64,000 nucleotides of DNA from a virus. Of the stretch, positions 8,391 through 18,600 are shown in pieces. Each line of letters begins with the position of its first letter. Positions within the stretch are counted from its first letter, which is position 1. The translations under genes and the position numbers were made by a program. Under the pieces are notes generated by a model. The model was not told the origin of the DNA. It worked only from the letters and a program-made list of their open reading frames with translations, and made no database searches. The stretch lies in IMG/VR virus record IMGVR_UViG_3300025705_000581. One strand, given 5' to 3'.

Positions 8391-10809
8391 CGTCAATCAG
8401 TGTTGCCACTATTTTGTATGTTGTACTATTACTACTTGCTGGTGTTCCAACAATTTTAACGTCACCGCCACTTAAACTTACATCATATTCTGCAAGTTCA
8501 GAACTTGTTGTAATAGTAGCAAACTCTGTTGCGTGTGCGGTTGATCCGTTATGCGTTACCAATATTTTTGTTGTATGTCTTTCAGCACCATCTTTCGCGG
8601 TAATAACAATTTCAGCACTGCCGTAAGTAGAGGCATCAAATGTATAGAGATCCTGAGGGAAAATGGTTGATGTTGTAACCTCGGTAGAAACAGATCTTGA
8701 CTCATCTTGAATAATATCATCATTGACAGTCAAGGAACCAGACATCGTATCGCCTGTTACATTAACGTATCTTAAATCACCTTGTGCTTCTGTGATAAAA
8801 TTTCTTGTTTCTTTTGTTGCTGTCTGTACGTGACCATGAGTATCAAACGTAATGCCTGTTAAGAATTCAAGTGTACCAAATGTCTCATCGGCAACAGAAG
8901 AAGTATCGCCGTGGTCAATTGTAACATTGGCGGTTAAGGCACCACCACCTGTCAGTGCAGTACCTGCAATTACTTGTACTGTATTATCAACCTTATCACC
9001 TAAGAAGGTATCTACCTCTGTTTCAGTATAATAACGACCATCTAAATCTGTAGACGTTGTGGTTTGAGTATGACCATAAGTATCAAAGGTTAAACCAGTA
9101 ATTACATTACCATCTGCTAATGAAACATCTGTAACTGATGATGTATCGGCGTGGTCCAAAGTTATAACAATGTCGGAAGCATCATTTAAATTAAATGTGC
9201 CTGATCCGTCTATTCCTGCACCGCCAATTACTTGAACTTCACCATTACCAATTTGTCCTGCCGCAGAGTTAGCGGCTTGTGATAAAATATCAGATGCGTG
9301 TAGACCATCAAGTTTATCGGCATCAAGGTTTGATCCTGTTCCATCGTTTGACGTATCATAAAATCCAAGAGCACGAATATCAGCAGCGGTTTGGTCGGCA
9401 GTTGCACCGTCCTCAATTAAATCAAGTTTAGCACCGTCAACCGAAACGTCACGGCCATCAACAGTACCTGTAATAATTATATTTCCATTAACTGTGATTT
9501 CATCAAACTCATCAACAGTAACATAATAACTACTTCCGTCACCAGTTTCTAAAACCAATGTGCTGTTAGCGGAAACCCAACTAAAGTCATCAACGCCGGC
9601 AACAGCGGTTGTTGAGGCAGCAGTAATACGACCATCTTCATCAACGGTTATAACAGGAATAGCGGATGCAGTACCATATTGCCCAGCAGTCACACCAGTA
9701 TTTGCTAATTCGGTTACAAAAGAAATAGTACCAGAACTGTTTGTACCTGTACCTTCAATATCACCTGTAAGTACAACTGTTAATCCATCGAGTTGTGCAC
9801 CATCTGCTGAAACATCTCGGCCATCAACAGTACCGGCACCCACCATTGTGATTTCATCAAACTCACTAATTTCTGTTGAATAAACGGAACCGTCGGATGT
9901 AGCAATATTAAATGTTGAGTTAGCACTTGTCCAAGATGTTGCTGAAACACCAGCAACAGCAGCAGTTGTGGCGGCAGTAATACGTCCATCTTCATCAACT
10001 GTAATTACGGGCACCAATGAAGATGAACCGTAAGATCCTGCAGTTACACCAGTATTTGCTAATTCGGTTACAATATTAAGGATTGATGTATTGGATGTGG
10101 CAGTACCTTCAATATCACCAGTTAAGTTAACGGTAATATCAGTTTCTAATGTATCTAATCTTGCACCGTCTGCAGCTATGTCACGGCCGTCTACAAGACC
10201 TGTGACAGCAATGTCACCGTTAACTGTAATGCCTGTAAACTCATTTATAACCGCGTCATAGTTGGTTCCATCGGATGTAGCAATCCTTAGAGTGTTGTTT
10301 GCAATGGTCCATGTGAAGTCATCAACACCGCCAACAGAAGTTTCGGATGCCGCTGTAATTCTTCCGTCTTCATCAACTGTAATAACTGGTATTTGTGAGG
10401 ATGAACCATATTGTGCAGCAGTAACACCGGTATTTGCTAACTCGGTGATGAGTTCCATAACACCTGTGTTTGAAAAGGCAGTACCTGTTACTTTACCTGA
10501 TAATGTTAAATCAAAGGTAGCGGGTGGTACGTTTGTAAAATTATTGTAATCAAGATAATACGTACCTTCTTGTCCATCAAGGAGATCAGCATCTAAACCT
10601 GATGTTGCACCGTCAACGGTTTTAATAAGTGTAAGTAAATCTGCGGCGTGTGGTGATAGTTCTTCTACAAAACTAACACTTGAATTACCCGACTTAAAGT
10701 AAACTTTACCGTCCGCGGTGTTAATAGCGATTTCGCCGAATTCTAATTGTGCTGTATTCGGTACTCGACCGGGAATACTACTCCTACGGAGCTTAATTGT
10801 TGTTGACAT
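8386..10809 (-). CDS. Tail fibre/virion structural protein, 807 aa, with Mtd_N-like N-terminus and triplicated internal modules
   Basis: N-terminal IKLRRSSIPGRVPNTAQLEFGEIAINTADGKVYFK; LDADLLDG motifs; three TELANTGVTAxxYGxxxxxPVITVDEDGRITAA repeats; C-terminal beta domain typical of marine T4-like virion proteins. Confidence 0.8.
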   Translation of the reverse strand: MSTTIKLRRSSIPGRVPNTAQLEFGEIAINTADGKVYFKSGNSSVSFVEELSPHAADLLTLIKTVDGATSGLDADLLDGQEGTYYLDYNNFTNVPPATFDLTLSGKVTGTAFSNTGVMELITELANTGVTAAQYGSSSQIPVITVDEDGRITAASETSVGGVDDFTWTIANNTLRIATSDGTNYDAVINEFTGITVNGDIAVTGLVDGRDIAADGARLDTLETDITVNLTGDIEGTATSNTSILNIVTELANTGVTAGSYGSSSLVPVITVDEDGRITAATTAAVAGVSATSWTSANSTFNIATSDGSVYSTEISEFDEITMVGAGTVDGRDVSADGAQLDGLTVVLTGDIEGTGTNSSGTISFVTELANTGVTAGQYGTASAIPVITVDEDGRITAASTTAVAGVDDFSWVSANSTLVLETGDGSSYYVTVDEFDEITVNGNIIITGTVDGRDVSVDGAKLDLIEDGATADQTAADIRALGFYDTSNDGTGSNLDADKLDGLHASDILSQAANSAAGQIGNGEVQVIGGAGIDGSGTFNLNDASDIVITLDHADTSSVTDVSLADGNVITGLTFDTYGHTQTTTSTDLDGRYYTETEVDTFLGDKVDNTVQVIAGTALTGGGALTANVTIDHGDTSSVADETFGTLEFLTGITFDTHGHVQTATKETRNFITEAQGDLRYVNVTGDTMSGSLTVNDDIIQDESRSVSTEVTTSTIFPQDLYTFDASTYGSAEIVITAKDGAERHTTKILVTHNGSTAHATEFATITTSSELAEYDVSLSGGDVKIVGTPASSNSTTYKIVATLIDV

Positions 10810-10871
10810 ATCTATGCCTCTTTGTTATAATAGGTATATACCTTAAATGATAATCTATATGGTTTGTCTAA

Positions 10872-13800
10872 TTAAAATGATCCACCGTCAATCTCATTAA
10901 CAGCAATTGAAACAGTTCCCGAAGTGACAGTTGTATCTACACCATCAACACCAATGAACTGTAATGTTTCACCTAAAGTGATTGCTGTATTAGCATCGGT
11001 TTCATCAGAAACAGTAAATGTCGGGTTTGCCATTTTAGCATTAGTAACACCGCCATCTTTTAATTGTAACGTATCAGCAACAATCTCAATTCCAGTGTTA
11101 TCAACATTAACTGAGAAATCTGTTCCCGTTAATGTTAAACCTTCACCACCTGAATATGTGCCAGCACCAGAGAACTGATACCAGATCACATCACCAACAC
11201 CTAGAACAAATCCTTCAGCATCGGCAACTGTTGCCACATAACCTGTATTTTTATTTTGAGTACCATCAGTTACGAATTGAAATGCACCAGGAATTTCTGA
11301 TGTTTCATTAAAGTATTCACCACGAGTAAGTACCCATGCTGTTGTACCATCGCCAACAGTTGTTACTTCGTATGAACCATTTTCAATTTCATCAGTCTGA
11401 TCTTTAACAAGTACTCTATCACCAACTTCCCACTCCGTTACGCCATCCAATTCAAATGCAGCAAGTGTACCGTTATTTGTGAGTGTCCCATCAGTGTTAT
11501 TATATGTCGCATTTAAATCAGCAGTTGTTGCAGCAAGCGCCGATGGAATAACTCTTAAACCTTGAGCAACACTATCAACATAAACCTTTGTAGCTGCATC
11601 CTGGTCATTTGTAGGATCAAGCAGGTTTAGTAATCTGTTGCTACTAAAATCAATTGTATTCGTTGATGAGTCAATTGTGTTATTATTAAATGTAAGATCG
11701 GCAACATCTAATTGAGTTTCAATATTAACTTGTTTTAAATTTGAATCTGTGCCACCTGGGTGTAAGAAATATGATGTGGATTCAGTATCAACAAATCTTT
11801 CGGCAATTACATCACCGCTTTCCACATAGAAATCTGATGTATCTTTACGGCCATAGAACACATAATTAAATGCGTCATTGAGCTGACCGATTTTTGTACC
11901 ATCAGAATAGAGTGTTGCGGTTCCTGTAGAACCTTCCATTTTAATTTGAGCAGCGTTTTGTAAATAACCAACACGGATTGTGTTCAAACGAGATTCAGAT
12001 GCAAAATCACCATAGAACCTAACATCAGAACTATCACGGAACCGAGGTGCATCAAGGTTACCGGTCATTGTATCACCAGTTACGTTGATATATCTTGCAT
12101 CAATTGTACCGACATTAAGTGCAACATTTTGAGCATATCCTGGTGCAGGTGTGCCTGTTGTTGTGATACCAAATCCTGCCGTAACAGAACCGACATAATT
12201 AGCGGTAAGTTCAACATTTAATTTATCGGTTGGGTCATCGTATGTAATAGAAACTCCGTCTTCGGTATTGTTTCTAAACATTTCACCGATAAGATCGTGT
12301 ACCGTTTCTGTAAAGTCAGGAATAGCGTTTGCTTGAAGTTCAACAGGAATTTCTGTAGCGAATGTAACTTGACCTTGTTCGTTAAGAACAACACGAGCGG
12401 TAAAACCATCGTTACCATATGAGCCTGGTGTAACACCTGTATCCTGAATACCAATACTGATTGCGTTATTACCAGCATCTTCATTAAAAGCAATAAGACC
12501 ATTACCAAGTGTAAGTGTCGGGTTTTGGATAAGGTTAACTGAGTTAAACGTGTTTGCTTCATCAATGACTGTTAACTGTGAAGTAAATGCGTTAGCGAGG
12601 TAACCTAATGGCACAGCATCAGTATTTGCTACAGGTGTACCAAGGTTTGAAATAATATGGCCACTTACGTCAATTTTATCTGAGGCTGTATTAGCGCCAA
12701 GTACAAGATCGCCGTTTGCGGATGCAATACTATTTACATCTAAAATAATATCATCAACCACCATTTTTCCATTGACAGAAAATAATCCTGTGTTATAATC
12801 AATTATGACTTTTGATAATCCACTACCAAATTTTAATGATCCATCAGAATCAATCTGCATGGCAATCTGATTATTTGCAAAGAAATCTAATTGGTTATTA
12901 TCAGCACCTGGTGAAGACTCGGCACGTATAAAGGTATTTTGGTCAACATCAATAACACCACCAAGGCCAGTCCATGCTGTGCCATTGTATGCTTCAAATC
13001 TAGCATCCTGTGTGTTATAACGGATCATACCTTGTTCGGCTGTAGGTCTTTCCGACACATTCCCAACTGGAATTATGAAACCACCTGTAGAATTAACTTT
13101 TACAACATCGGCGGTAAGTTTAATAAAGTCAGCAGCATTTCTTATTTCAGCAACATATGCCGCTAACCAATCTTTAGTCGCAGATCCCAATGTATAAGTA
13201 TCAGTTACATCAGGGATCAGGTTACTTTCAAAATCAGCACTAACTGTAATTGCGTCTGTATCGGCATCACCGATTTGAATATTACCGCCAATAGTTACAT
13301 TACCTGTTACACCAAGGTCACCGCTGATTTGCGTATCACCTGTTAAGTAATCAATTGTAAACTTATTTAATCCATCACCAAATTTAAACAAACCAACTTC
13401 AGATAGTTGTAATCTTTCGGTACCTGCTGTAAAGAATTGTATCTGGTCATTATCGGCACCGCTTGATGATTCGGCAACAATTTTTGTATCTCGGTCAAGG
13501 TCAATAACTGAACCTGCAATTGAACTCCATGAACCTGTATTATCAAATCCTTCAAACCTTTGGTCATCTGTATTATAACGGATCATCCCAGTTTGAGGTG
13601 AAGGTCTTTCGAGTGTTGTACCTTTCGGGAATTGAATTGCACCAGTCAGATTAAACTCTGCAACTTCACTATGACCTAGTTGAATATTATCGTTAATGGT
13701 AATAGAGCTATTTGCTTCAATACTGCCATTCGTATTAATAATAAGTTGCTGTGTTCCACCAACAAAGAATTTTAATTCATCGTTGTCGGCATTTGGTGTT

Positions 13801-15239
13801 GTTTCCGCCTGAACAAATGTATCTTGGTCGGTGTCAATTGTACCGCCTAGACCTGCCCAAGCTATACCATTATAACCTTCAAACCTTGTCTGATCGGTAT
13901 TGAAACGTACCATACCTGCAGCAGGCTGTGTTCTTTCTGCCTGTGTTCCAACAGGTAATACCAAACCACCATTCCCAACAATTGTCAGAACATTATCAGG
14001 TGTAGTAATGGTATCAAGAATTTGCTGTTCGTTTACACTAAACTCAGTTCCTGTTAATGTTAAACCTTCACCAGCAGTGAATGTGCCCACACCTTGGAAT
14101 TGAACCCAACTAATCGAATGAACGTCAATCTCAAAAGTTTCGGCATCGGCAACAGTTGCAACAAAACCTTTATTCTTGTTTACAATACCGTCGGTTACAA
14201 ACTCAAAAGTACCTGGTATTTCAACACTTTCATTATTGAAATCTGATCTTGCAAAAATCCATTCCAAATTAGCAGTTGGATCACCAACTTGTACAAGGTC
14301 ATAAGAACCGTTTTCAACAGGGTTTGCCTGATCTTTAACAAGAAGTTGTGATCCTACAGTCCAATTTGAAACACCATCAATTTCAATTGTAAAGGCTTCA
14401 GGTAATGTGATTGTGGTATCTATCGCCGAGTTACCAGCTTCAAATACAGCACCTGGGAATGTAACACCAAGATCTTCGGTTGTTGCTGCAAGTGATGATG
14501 GGCGAACCGAAATACCTTGGGCAACATTATCAACATATCTTTTATTTGTTGCGTCAGTTGGTTTAACGGGATCTGAGATAATCAAAAGACTTAATTCAAG
14601 TGCTTCGAGTGTATCACCAAGATAGTTATTTGTAACAACGTCATACGGATCAATAGGATCACGGACATTAACAATTCTATGGTTTGTCATATCAATGACG
14701 TTATCAACAGGCGGCGTTAAGGTAATATTACCTGATCCTGAAATCCCAGAACCTGTAATTGTTAGGTCGCCAACCTGTATAAGGTTTAGCCCTAAGAATT
14801 GGTCAGTTGTTCCACCTAATGTAATTGCAGTATTACCAAACGTAATATCGTTTGAACTGATTATATTATTAGCTGCTGTAAAGTTTGTAGGATTTAATTC
14901 TGTGTTTGTTAAATCAGTCAAATGCCCAAATTGGTCAAGTGAAATATTTTTAACAAAACCTAATGGAGAGTTTGCGGTGTTTGCTTGGTCTGATGTATTA
15001 ACGTGGGTAATAGTTACATTAGCGGACTCGCCGCCATCACCGCCAAGTGTTTGGACCGTAATACCGTCGCCTGCAAAAATCTCTCTTGTATATGGACCAA
15101 TCGTATCAACACCAAGTACAACAGAATCAGGTACAATAACGGGTTTCTTTTCACCCTGGGCAATAATCGGTCTTAATGTGTCTTGCTTTGGTACCGAACG
15201 TATTGAACGTGAACCGCCGACTTTTACTTTAATGGCCAC
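10872..15239 (-). CDS. Tail fibre-like virion structural protein, 1455 aa
   Basis: Long ORF; duplicated ~160-aa domain (VAQG...NGSY...FVTDG...GEGLTLTGTxFSVN); three GMxRxNTxxxRFEGxxGxxW...DxDxxT modules; two copies of the fibre repeat seen in the giant ORF. Confidence 0.8.
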   Translation of the reverse strand: MAIKVKVGGSRSIRSVPKQDTLRPIIAQGEKKPVIVPDSVVLGVDTIGPYTREIFAGDGITVQTLGGDGGESANVTITHVNTSDQANTANSPLGFVKNISLDQFGHLTDLTNTELNPTNFTAANNIISSNDITFGNTAITLGGTTDQFLGLNLIQVGDLTITGSGISGSGNITLTPPVDNVIDMTNHRIVNVRDPIDPYDVVTNNYLGDTLEALELSLLIISDPVKPTDATNKRYVDNVAQGISVRPSSLAATTEDLGVTFPGAVFEAGNSAIDTTITLPEAFTIEIDGVSNWTVGSQLLVKDQANPVENGSYDLVQVGDPTANLEWIFARSDFNNESVEIPGTFEFVTDGIVNKNKGFVATVADAETFEIDVHSISWVQFQGVGTFTAGEGLTLTGTEFSVNEQQILDTITTPDNVLTIVGNGGLVLPVGTQAERTQPAAGMVRFNTDQTRFEGYNGIAWAGLGGTIDTDQDTFVQAETTPNADNDELKFFVGGTQQLIINTNGSIEANSSITINDNIQLGHSEVAEFNLTGAIQFPKGTTLERPSPQTGMIRYNTDDQRFEGFDNTGSWSSIAGSVIDLDRDTKIVAESSSGADNDQIQFFTAGTERLQLSEVGLFKFGDGLNKFTIDYLTGDTQISGDLGVTGNVTIGGNIQIGDADTDAITVSADFESNLIPDVTDTYTLGSATKDWLAAYVAEIRNAADFIKLTADVVKVNSTGGFIIPVGNVSERPTAEQGMIRYNTQDARFEAYNGTAWTGLGGVIDVDQNTFIRAESSPGADNNQLDFFANNQIAMQIDSDGSLKFGSGLSKVIIDYNTGLFSVNGKMVVDDIILDVNSIASANGDLVLGANTASDKIDVSGHIISNLGTPVANTDAVPLGYLANAFTSQLTVIDEANTFNSVNLIQNPTLTLGNGLIAFNEDAGNNAISIGIQDTGVTPGSYGNDGFTARVVLNEQGQVTFATEIPVELQANAIPDFTETVHDLIGEMFRNNTEDGVSITYDDPTDKLNVELTANYVGSVTAGFGITTTGTPAPGYAQNVALNVGTIDARYINVTGDTMTGNLDAPRFRDSSDVRFYGDFASESRLNTIRVGYLQNAAQIKMEGSTGTATLYSDGTKIGQLNDAFNYVFYGRKDTSDFYVESGDVIAERFVDTESTSYFLHPGGTDSNLKQVNIETQLDVADLTFNNNTIDSSTNTIDFSSNRLLNLLDPTNDQDAATKVYVDSVAQGLRVIPSALAATTADLNATYNNTDGTLTNNGTLAAFELDGVTEWEVGDRVLVKDQTDEIENGSYEVTTVGDGTTAWVLTRGEYFNETSEIPGAFQFVTDGTQNKNTGYVATVADAEGFVLGVGDVIWYQFSGAGTYSGGEGLTLTGTDFSVNVDNTGIEIVADTLQLKDGGVTNAKMANPTFTVSDETDANTAITLGETLQFIGVDGVDTTVTSGTVSIAVNEIDGGSF

Positions 15240-15242
15240 GTG

Positions 15243-15569
15243 TTAAACCTCCGTGATTGTTGAGACGACAAATGCCAGTCCTTCAACAATTTTAGACATC
15301 TCCCCGGTAGTCTTTTTCATTAAAACATCGTATTGGTATTTACCAGGCTTCAAAGTGCGGGTAACATCATCTGTTAAGACAAGTGTAATATCGTTATTAG
15401 CTTTTTCAATATCAAAGTCCGCGACCGTTAAAGTCGAGTACATTTTCTTCATACTTGAATAAAAATTATAAGTCGCTATGCCAAGCTCAGCATTTTCATC
15501 ATCATAAAGATCAAAACTAATACGAAAGTCTGAACCTTGGTCAATGTATATGTTTGCTCTTGATGCCAT
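15243..15569 (-). CDS. Small beta-sandwich virion protein, 108 aa (conserved in marine T4-like fibre loci)
   Basis: MASRANIYIDQGSDFRISFDL...LKPGKYQYDVLM...KIVEGLAFV; GAGA SD and late promoter upstream. Confidence 0.75.
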   Translation of the reverse strand: MASRANIYIDQGSDFRISFDLYDDENAELGIATYNFYSSMKKMYSTLTVADFDIEKANNDITLVLTDDVTRTLKPGKYQYDVLMKKTTGEMSKIVEGLAFVVSTITEV

Positions 15570-15599
15570 ATCTCAATTCTCTTTTTATGCTATTTACTT

Positions 15600-15607
15600 T
15601 ATTTATA
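15600..15607 (-). promoter_or_regulatory. T4-type late promoter TATAAATA
   Basis: Exact consensus ~30 nt upstream of the 108-aa gene, just downstream of a terminator. Confidence 0.75.
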
Positions 15608-15625
15608 ATATTCTCATCTATATTT

Positions 15626-15654
15626 AAAAAAAGGGAGCACAAAGCCCCCTTTTT
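15626..15654 (-). terminator. Rho-independent terminator after the collagen gene
   Basis: Minus strand AAAAA-GGGGGC-TTTGT-GCTCCC-TTTTTTT: 6-bp stem with one G-U pair plus T-tract; A-tract on the other side suggests bidirectional action. Confidence 0.75.
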
Positions 15655-15676
15655 AACTTGTGCTATGGGAATATTA

Positions 15677-18600
15677 TTATTGATTTAAATTATCAACTTC
15701 CTCTTTGAGATCCTTAATTGCTTCGATAAGTAATCCGACAATGTTACCGTAAGCAACAGCTTTCATTCCATCATCTGTTGTGTTAATAACTTCTGGTAAG
15801 ATTTCTTCAACCTCTTGGGCAATAACACCTAGTTTTACTTTACCTAAAGCAGCTTTTCTCTCATATGTAACACCGCGCATACTTAACACTTTATTAAGCG
15901 CATTGGTAATAGTTTCAATATTAGTTTTTGTTCTTACATCAGATTGTGCGTTAATATCACCTGTTGATGTAAAGTTACCAGTTCCCATTGCAAACGTAAA
16001 TCTCAATGTACCGTTATCTCTAATAGTATAATCAATACCTGTATCCATGTTTAATGTAACCTCGGCATCCGCAGATGCATATGCAAATGCACCACCAATT
16101 GAGCTACCAAATGCAAGCTGAAGGTCATTTTGGAACCTTAATTCACCGCCTGTTTTTACATCTGATACCGAAGCTTCGAGGAAGTCACCTGATCCACCGT
16201 TAAGTGTACCTGTTACAACCAAGTTACCATCAACATTCAAATTCTCAACAGTTAATTCGTCATTAGTACCTGTATAGAAGAAGTTTGAATCACCACCTGG
16301 GTTAGGTGATAGTGTTGCATATAATGGTTGTGCTCCGCCGCCTGCTTGTGTCATAGTAAGGAACAATGGTGAACCTTGTAATGCTGTTCCATATAGATCG
16401 TTTGTTTCAATTGCTTGGGCATCGGCATCACCTTGAATACCTTGCATACCCTGAACACCATCTGCACCAATAATACCTTGTGGGCCTTGCGGACCTTGGT
16501 TACCTTGAATACCATCTTGCCCAACACCTTGAATACCTTGTGGACCCGGCCCACCTTGGAAACCTTGAACGCCTTGAACGCCTTGGGTACCTGCACCTGT
16601 GAAACCTTGAAGACCATCATCACCCGGTCCACCTTGAACACCTTGCATACCCTGAGTACCGCCACCACCGCTAAGACCTTGTGGACCTTGTACGGACTGA
16701 ATACCTTGATAACCTTGGATACCTTGAGAACCGCCTCCGCCGCCCTCACCTTGAATACCTGGCCCACCTTGGATACCTTGAATACCTTGGTTGCCTTCAC
16801 CACCAGGACCTTGAATACCATCGTCACCGATAATACCTTGAGTACCTTGAAGACCGCCTTGACCTTCTTCACCTGAAATACCTTGAACACCTTGATAACC
16901 TTGAGCACCTTGTGTACCATCAGCACCTTGGCCATCTACACCTTGGAAACCTTGTGTACCTTGAATACCAAATCCTTGGTTACCTTGAACACCTTGGATA
17001 CCTTGTGGTCCATCACCACCGAATGTACCTTGAGCACCAATACCTTGGATACCTTGCGTACCCTGAATACCTGTTCCTGTTTCACCTTGAGCACCAGTAA
17101 ATCCTTGTGTACCTTGAATACCTTGAGCACCAAATCCTGCGGGACCTACCTCACCTTGAACACCTTGGTCACCTTGTAAACCTTGAGCGCCTTGTGTACC
17201 TTGCGAACCTGCTGAACCAACACCGCCTGCACCTTGGAAACCTTGGAAACCAAGATCACCTTGGAAACCTTGTGTACCCTGCAAACCTTGCGTACCTTGG
17301 AAACCGTCACCACCTGTAGCACCGTCTTGGCCTGTAGTACCTTGCGGGCCTTGTGGACCTTGGGCACCTTGATTACCATCACCTGCAGTACCTTGAGCAC
17401 CTTCTTCACCGGCATCACCTTGTAGGCCTTGAGGACCTTGAATACCTTGAAGACCAACAGCACCGGTAAAACCCTGTGTTCCTTGAGGACCTTGGGTACC
17501 TTGAGCACCCTGAAGACCTTGTTCACCTTGGTCACCTGTTCTTGCAAACGTAATTCTAACATCAGAATTATTTCCAAATGATGTAACGGAACCTGTTAAG
17601 AAAGTACAGTCATATTCAAAATAGCCTGATCTTTCAATAACGTCATTAATTCTAAATGCAACATAGTTACTTGTTGTTGTACCATCAATAACTCTAAAGA
17701 AACCTTTTACAGCGCTTGTCGGTTCATCTGTTGTTCTTAAGAATGCTTGAACATCGGTAAACGTGTCATCTCGGTCGTCAATACGCATTTCAGTTGCAGC
17801 AGCAATATTTGCCGCATTGAATTTAAGTAAACCAACACCTGGATCTGAAGTATCTGTTGCGGTACTAAATGTATAATCAAGAGTCATACCACCAAATTCA
17901 CCGGCAGGACCTAAGTCACCTTGAATACCTGTTGTACCTTGGATAGATTGTGGACCTTGTGTACCTTGGTTACCTAAGTCACCTTGAGTACCTTGCCAGC
18001 CCTGAGTACCTTGCCAGCCCTGAGTACCTTGCGGACCCTGAACTCCTTGTAATCCTTGCGGACCTTGGACGCCTTGGTCACCTTGTAATCCTTGAGTACC
18101 TTGCGGACCAACTTCGGATGTAAAGATATTCCCAATCATTCCTGAGTGAATAGAACATTGATAAACTAAAGTAGCAGGAGCATTAAACGGCACCCTGAAT
18201 ATCAATCTACCAGTTTCATCATTACCGACAATTGTTATGCCGTTGGTGTAATCTGATCCACCTGCGCCTGTTCTAATTTTAAATGGGTGGCCTGATACAT
18301 TCAAATCAAATGTATAAGTAAATCCTCTCAACAGATGTAGGTTAGGTTGTGTTACGCCGTCAACTTCATATGAAGTAGAACCCGTATTTGTTACAACAAA
18401 TTCTCTGCCGCCTTCCATACCTTGAACACCTTGGAAACCCTGGAAGCCTTGTGTTCCTTGATCTCCTTGGAAACCCTGAGTACCTTGTGCTCCTTGGAAG
18501 CCTTGAGTACCTTGTGAGCCTTCATCACCTTGAATACCGAGTGTACCTTGGAAACCCTGAGTACCTTGCCAACCTTGCGTTCCTTGAATACCCTGCGTAC

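Noticed and set aside
8386-10809. Diversity-generating retroelement suggested by the Mtd_N-like start
   Set aside because: No reverse transcriptase, no non-coding template repeat and no C-type-lectin C-terminus in the window; differences between repeats look like ordinary substitutions, not adenine-specific
16430-17535. Highly periodic DNA as a possible CRISPR or satellite array
   Set aside because: Period is 9 bp and in frame with Gly-X-Gln; there are no 25-45-bp repeats with unique spacers and no cas genes
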